Of a DNA stretch of 50,414 nt, positions 47,310-50,414 are shown piece after piece. Both the position numbers and the translations under genes were made by a program. The DNA is from Candidatus Bipolaricaulia bacterium (GTDB lineage Bacteria; Bipolaricaulota; Bipolaricaulia; JBHIAT01), in assembly GCA_046758705.1 (NCBI GenBank), contig JBHIAT010000004.1:1-50414 (forward strand), in the 5' to 3' direction. Within the stretch, counting starts at the first letter, position 1. Every line of letters begins with the position of its first letter. Under the pieces are notes generated by a model that saw nothing but the letters and a program-made list of their open reading frames with translations, searched no databases and had not been told where the DNA came from.

Positions 47310-48830
47310 CTAAAGCTTGCTCATCGTAGCTGCAAGCTCTCGCACCTTGCTCTCTATCTCACGTCCCAAGCGCAACCCTGCATGTGCCTCTGCTGCAAGA
47401 TATCTTACGAAGAACCCGGGGCTGCCCTCGAGCAAAGATTCTCCTAAACCCGCGTCGCCATATCTCTCCACGATCTTCTCCGCCATGTGGGCTCCAAACC
47501 AATAGACGGGGCCGTTCGATTTGAGTCCCTGGCTGAGCAGCTCCTCTGCCCTCTCCGGATCCTTGTGTTGGTAAATCGCCTCGAAGCACTCCTGGAGCAT
47601 CTGAGCACCCCGATTTACGCTTTTTTCGAGATCAACAGGAGGATGAGCGGGAGCGAGGTACGTCGCTGTACCCTCCAGGAGGATGTAGCTGATGACCTCA
47701 TAGAATTTTCGATCTGCTTCATCATCAAATGAAAAATGGGTCAGATCCTCAAATGATCTCACTTTTCCTTCTCGGGTAGGATCAGTCGGACACACCTGAA
47801 GTTGGAATCGGTGGAACGTCTCGTGGGTCAACGTGGTGAGCAGGCGATCATAGTCGTCTTTGAAATGCTCGATGTTGATCCCTCCGGTGGTGGCGGTGGC
47901 CCAGCCGGAGATGCCCCAACCGACGGTGAAGCTCACCCGATCTTGGAAAGCAGCTTGTCGCATCTCATCGGGTGCATACTGCGCAATCGTCCCCAGGATC
48001 TGATTCTTGATCTCCTCCGCATGGGCGTCAAGCTCGTTGACCAGTATCTCATAATCCTGTTGGTGAAGGGCGATATCGGCAAAATCGAAAAAATTCTGGG
48101 ACGTGAGCCATTTCCAGATCATATCAAGCGGTGCGCGGCTGGCGGCATGATATAGAAGATTCGTCAGCCCGTCTTGGGTGAGCCAGGGCTTGGGGAGGTA
48201 TCCTAAGTTTTCGCGGTGCTTGATCATTTCGGTGTAGGGGGCCAGGGCGGCGACGGCGGCGGCATCCTCCCGGGAGATCCGCTCTTGGCGAAACAGCCGT
48301 AGTACGGCGCGGATCCCAGAGAGATCCAGCTCCAAGTCCCATCTCTCCGGCCGGTTTTTCAGGGTCATTGAGGGGAAGAACTGTCCCTTAAATCCGATTG
48401 GGTAGGCTGGATTCACCTGCTTCAACGCTTCATGGTTTTCAGCTCTCACCCGCGAAAGCAACGCAGCCACCTGGGTGAGCGAAGGAAAGTCGGCAGGGAC
48501 GGGGATCTCTCCCTCGGTCAACGGCTCCGGCAACATCCCGTAGAAACTCCCCCCCCACTCGTTCTGGAGTTTTCCATAGTCCTTTAATCTCTCGATCTCT
48601 GTTGGATCACGGAGTTCGACAAGCTGGTTGAACAGGAAACGGGCATCCTCGATCGAGACCAGCTTCTGAAGTTGGGCGAGGTCATCGAGGCCTCCGGCCT
48701 GAGCCGCGTGGGCTTCCAGCATCGGCCAATCCCATGGGCCGGTAAAATCAAACCCGTATCTGTCCTTTGCTCGTTGCAGGGAAATCATTGAGATCGTTCT
48801 CTCGCTCTTCAGTGTACCATAAGCAGGCAC
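47310..48830 (-). CDS. Putative zinc-dependent protease (gluzincin-like)
   Basis: HETFH followed by LLEGTATY third-ligand motif; start codon uncertain. Confidence 0.6.
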   Translation of the reverse strand: MPAYGTLKSERTISMISLQRAKDRYGFDFTGPWDWPMLEAHAAQAGGLDDLAQLQKLVSIEDARFLFNQLVELRDPTEIERLKDYGKLQNEWGGSFYGMLPEPLTEGEIPVPADFPSLTQVAALLSRVRAENHEALKQVNPAYPIGFKGQFFPSMTLKNRPERWDLELDLSGIRAVLRLFRQERISREDAAAVAALAPYTEMIKHRENLGYLPKPWLTQDGLTNLLYHAASRAPLDMIWKWLTSQNFFDFADIALHQQDYEILVNELDAHAEEIKNQILGTIAQYAPDEMRQAAFQDRVSFTVGWGISGWATATTGGINIEHFKDDYDRLLTTLTHETFHRFQLQVCPTDPTREGKVRSFEDLTHFSFDDEADRKFYEVISYILLEGTATYLAPAHPPVDLEKSVNRGAQMLQECFEAIYQHKDPERAEELLSQGLKSNGPVYWFGAHMAEKIVERYGDAGLGESLLEGSPGFFVRYLAAEAHAGLRLGREIESKVRELAATMSKL

Positions 48831-48890
48831 CCTGACTCTACGTCGGGTAAGTCTTATTAAGTTTCTTCGCGAAGCCGTGCATCCGAAAAC

Positions 48891-48955
48891 AATCTAAAGG
48901 AGTGTGGTGAAGTTCGCCATGATGTCGATCAGCGCAAGAGATGCATTCTGTCAGT
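48891..48955 (-). promoter_or_regulatory. Putative CRP/FNR promoter of the zinc-protease-like gene
   Basis: -10 TAGATT (48891-48896); boxes CATGA-TGTCGA-TCAGC (48918-48933) and GATGC-ATTCTG-TCAGT (48940-48955), 22 bp apart. Confidence 0.5.
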
Positions 48956-49087
48956 CGAGGTGATGTTTCGCACTTCGGTGGGTTTGAGATTCTTTCCATA
49001 TACGATAAACTATATGCATCGCTAGGGATTACGCTGAGACGTTCGCAGGGTAGTCACACTCATATTGAGTCAGGAAGGGGACAGACC

Positions 49088-49153
49088 ATGAAGATTGGAT
49101 TGCAGATTACAAGTTTTGACTGGCCAGGTGGCCCGGCCGTTGCCGAATTCTAA
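49088..49153 (+). pseudogene. N-terminal stub resembling an LLM-class (F420-dependent) oxidoreductase
   Basis: RBS AGGAAGGGG, then MKIGLQITSFDWPGGPA, similar to LLM-class N-termini; stops after 21 codons, overlapping the SDR start. Confidence 0.5.
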
Positions 49154-49991
49154 TGTCGTATCCTGGTATGCAAGGAAAAACCCGCATAGTCACCGGCGCC
49201 AATTCAGGCATTGGCAAGGCCACTGCCCTGGGGTTGGCCAAACTGGGCGTCACCGTGGTGATGGTCTGTCGCAACCCAAGAAAAGGTGAGGCCGCTATGG
49301 CTGAAATCAAGGCGCAAAGCGGCAATGAGTCCGTTGACTTAATGATAGCGGACCTTTCATCGCAACAATCCATCCGTCAGCTCGTCGCAGACTTTACAGA
49401 CAGGTATCAACGCTTACACGTCTTGATTAATAACGCCGGGCTGCATCTCAGCCGGCGTTTTGTGACCGCAGATGGCATTGAAACTACGTTTGCTGTCAAC
49501 CATCTGGCTTCTTTCCTGCTCACCAATTTGCTGCTTGACGTGCTCAAGGCCAGTGCGCCGGCCCGGATTGTGAACGTCACTTCATCGGCACATAGTCGAA
49601 CCATGGACTTCGACAACCTGCAAGGCGAAAAGCAGTATAACGGTATGCAGACGTACACCCAATCGAAACTGGCCAACATCCTATTCACTTACGAACTGGC
49701 CCGGAGACTGGAGGGAACTGGTGTTACCGTGAATTGTCTGCATCCTGGCACCGTTAGATCGGGTTTGCAGCGCAATCTGCCGAGAATTTTTCGGCTATTA
49801 AGGCTATTCTTCGCGACCCCAGAGAAAGGGGCAGAAACATCGATCTATCTAGCGTCCTCTCCCGAGGTGGAGGGTGTCAGTGGAAAATACTTCTCAGACA
49901 AAAGGAGGCCCAATCATCCGAGGGTTCTTATGATCCGGCAACCGCCCAACGGCTATGGCAGATAAGCGCCGAACTGACAAAACTATCATGA
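49153..49991 (+). CDS. Short-chain dehydrogenase/reductase (retinol dehydrogenase-like), frameshifted near the C-terminus
   Basis: TGANSGIG, LINNAG, YTQSK, HPGTV; after GKYFSDK the family-like tail KEAQSSEGSYDPATAQRLWQISAELT continues in the -1 frame to TGA at 49991. Confidence 0.85.
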
Positions 49992-50186
49992 AGACAGAAC
50001 GGAAAATCGCTAGGGCGGCTTTTTCCAGAATAGACAAGTGATTCCGTGGTAGGAAGAGCGACGGGATATTTTGTCCGGAATCCTTCAGAAGCTGGGCAAA
50101 GATAGAGATCTTAATGCCTGGGTAGAAGGCAGTCCCCTGGTGGAAGTTGAGTTAGACGTCGGGTAATCAATAGGAGCCCGCTCCCG

Positions 50187-50414
50187 TTAGGGGGCAGGAG
50201 CAGTCACGGGTTGTCTTATAACCGTTCTCATTTTTTCGGGTGCTGCTCTGCGAGGATCGCTTAGATATACCTCGTGGTGTTTTCCTCTCAATTCGTAACC
50301 ATTTTCTTTGATGAAGCTGTGAAGTTTCTCCACCGTCGGACCTTCAGCAGAATATGGACCTATGTGCATGATCTGAGCCGATAACCCTTCGTGGAAAGCT
50401 TCAAATCTTATTTT
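50187..50414 (-). CDS. GyrI-like small-molecule-binding protein (5' truncated by window edge)
   Basis: FHEGLSAQIMHIGPYSAE...GKHHEVYLSDPRRAAPEKMRTVIRQPV. Confidence 0.85.
   Translation of the reverse strand, partial: KIRFEAFHEGLSAQIMHIGPYSAEGPTVEKLHSFIKENGYELRGKHHEVYLSDPRRAAPEKMRTVIRQPVTAPAP

Overview
GC-rich bacterial window dominated by a ~45 kb energy-metabolism locus (about 760-45450). It holds (i) a DOMON-Rieske-cytochrome b-cytochrome cd1-like operon whose NirS homologue appears to lack the three canonical d1/catalytic histidines; (ii) five full-length CRP/FNR regulators plus one without an HTH, interspersed with exported haem/metal proteins; (iii) lepB, maeB and hypBAF with no hydrogenase; (iv) dsbA-VKOR and a PflX-like radical SAM; (v) pntA1A2B; (vi) a complex I without NuoEFG (nuoABCDHIJ1J2KLMN) translationally coupled to a GltD/SudA-like flavoprotein carrying a 60-aa insertion; (vii) kor and por 2-oxoacid:ferredoxin oxidoreductases led by an HTH-fused GltD/PreT-like gene. 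Eleven promoters share one architecture read directly from the sequence: tandem CRP-type TGA-N6-TCA boxes 22-23 bp apart, the proximal one 22-23 bp from a TAnnnT -10 element, which suggests a single regulon. The flanks carry feoB/feoA (left) and an ABC-2 exporter, a putative zinc protease, a frameshifted SDR, a GyrI-like gene and gene remnants (right). No rRNA, tRNA, CRISPR or intact mobile element was recognised. All calls come from motif recognition by eye; no database search was run.
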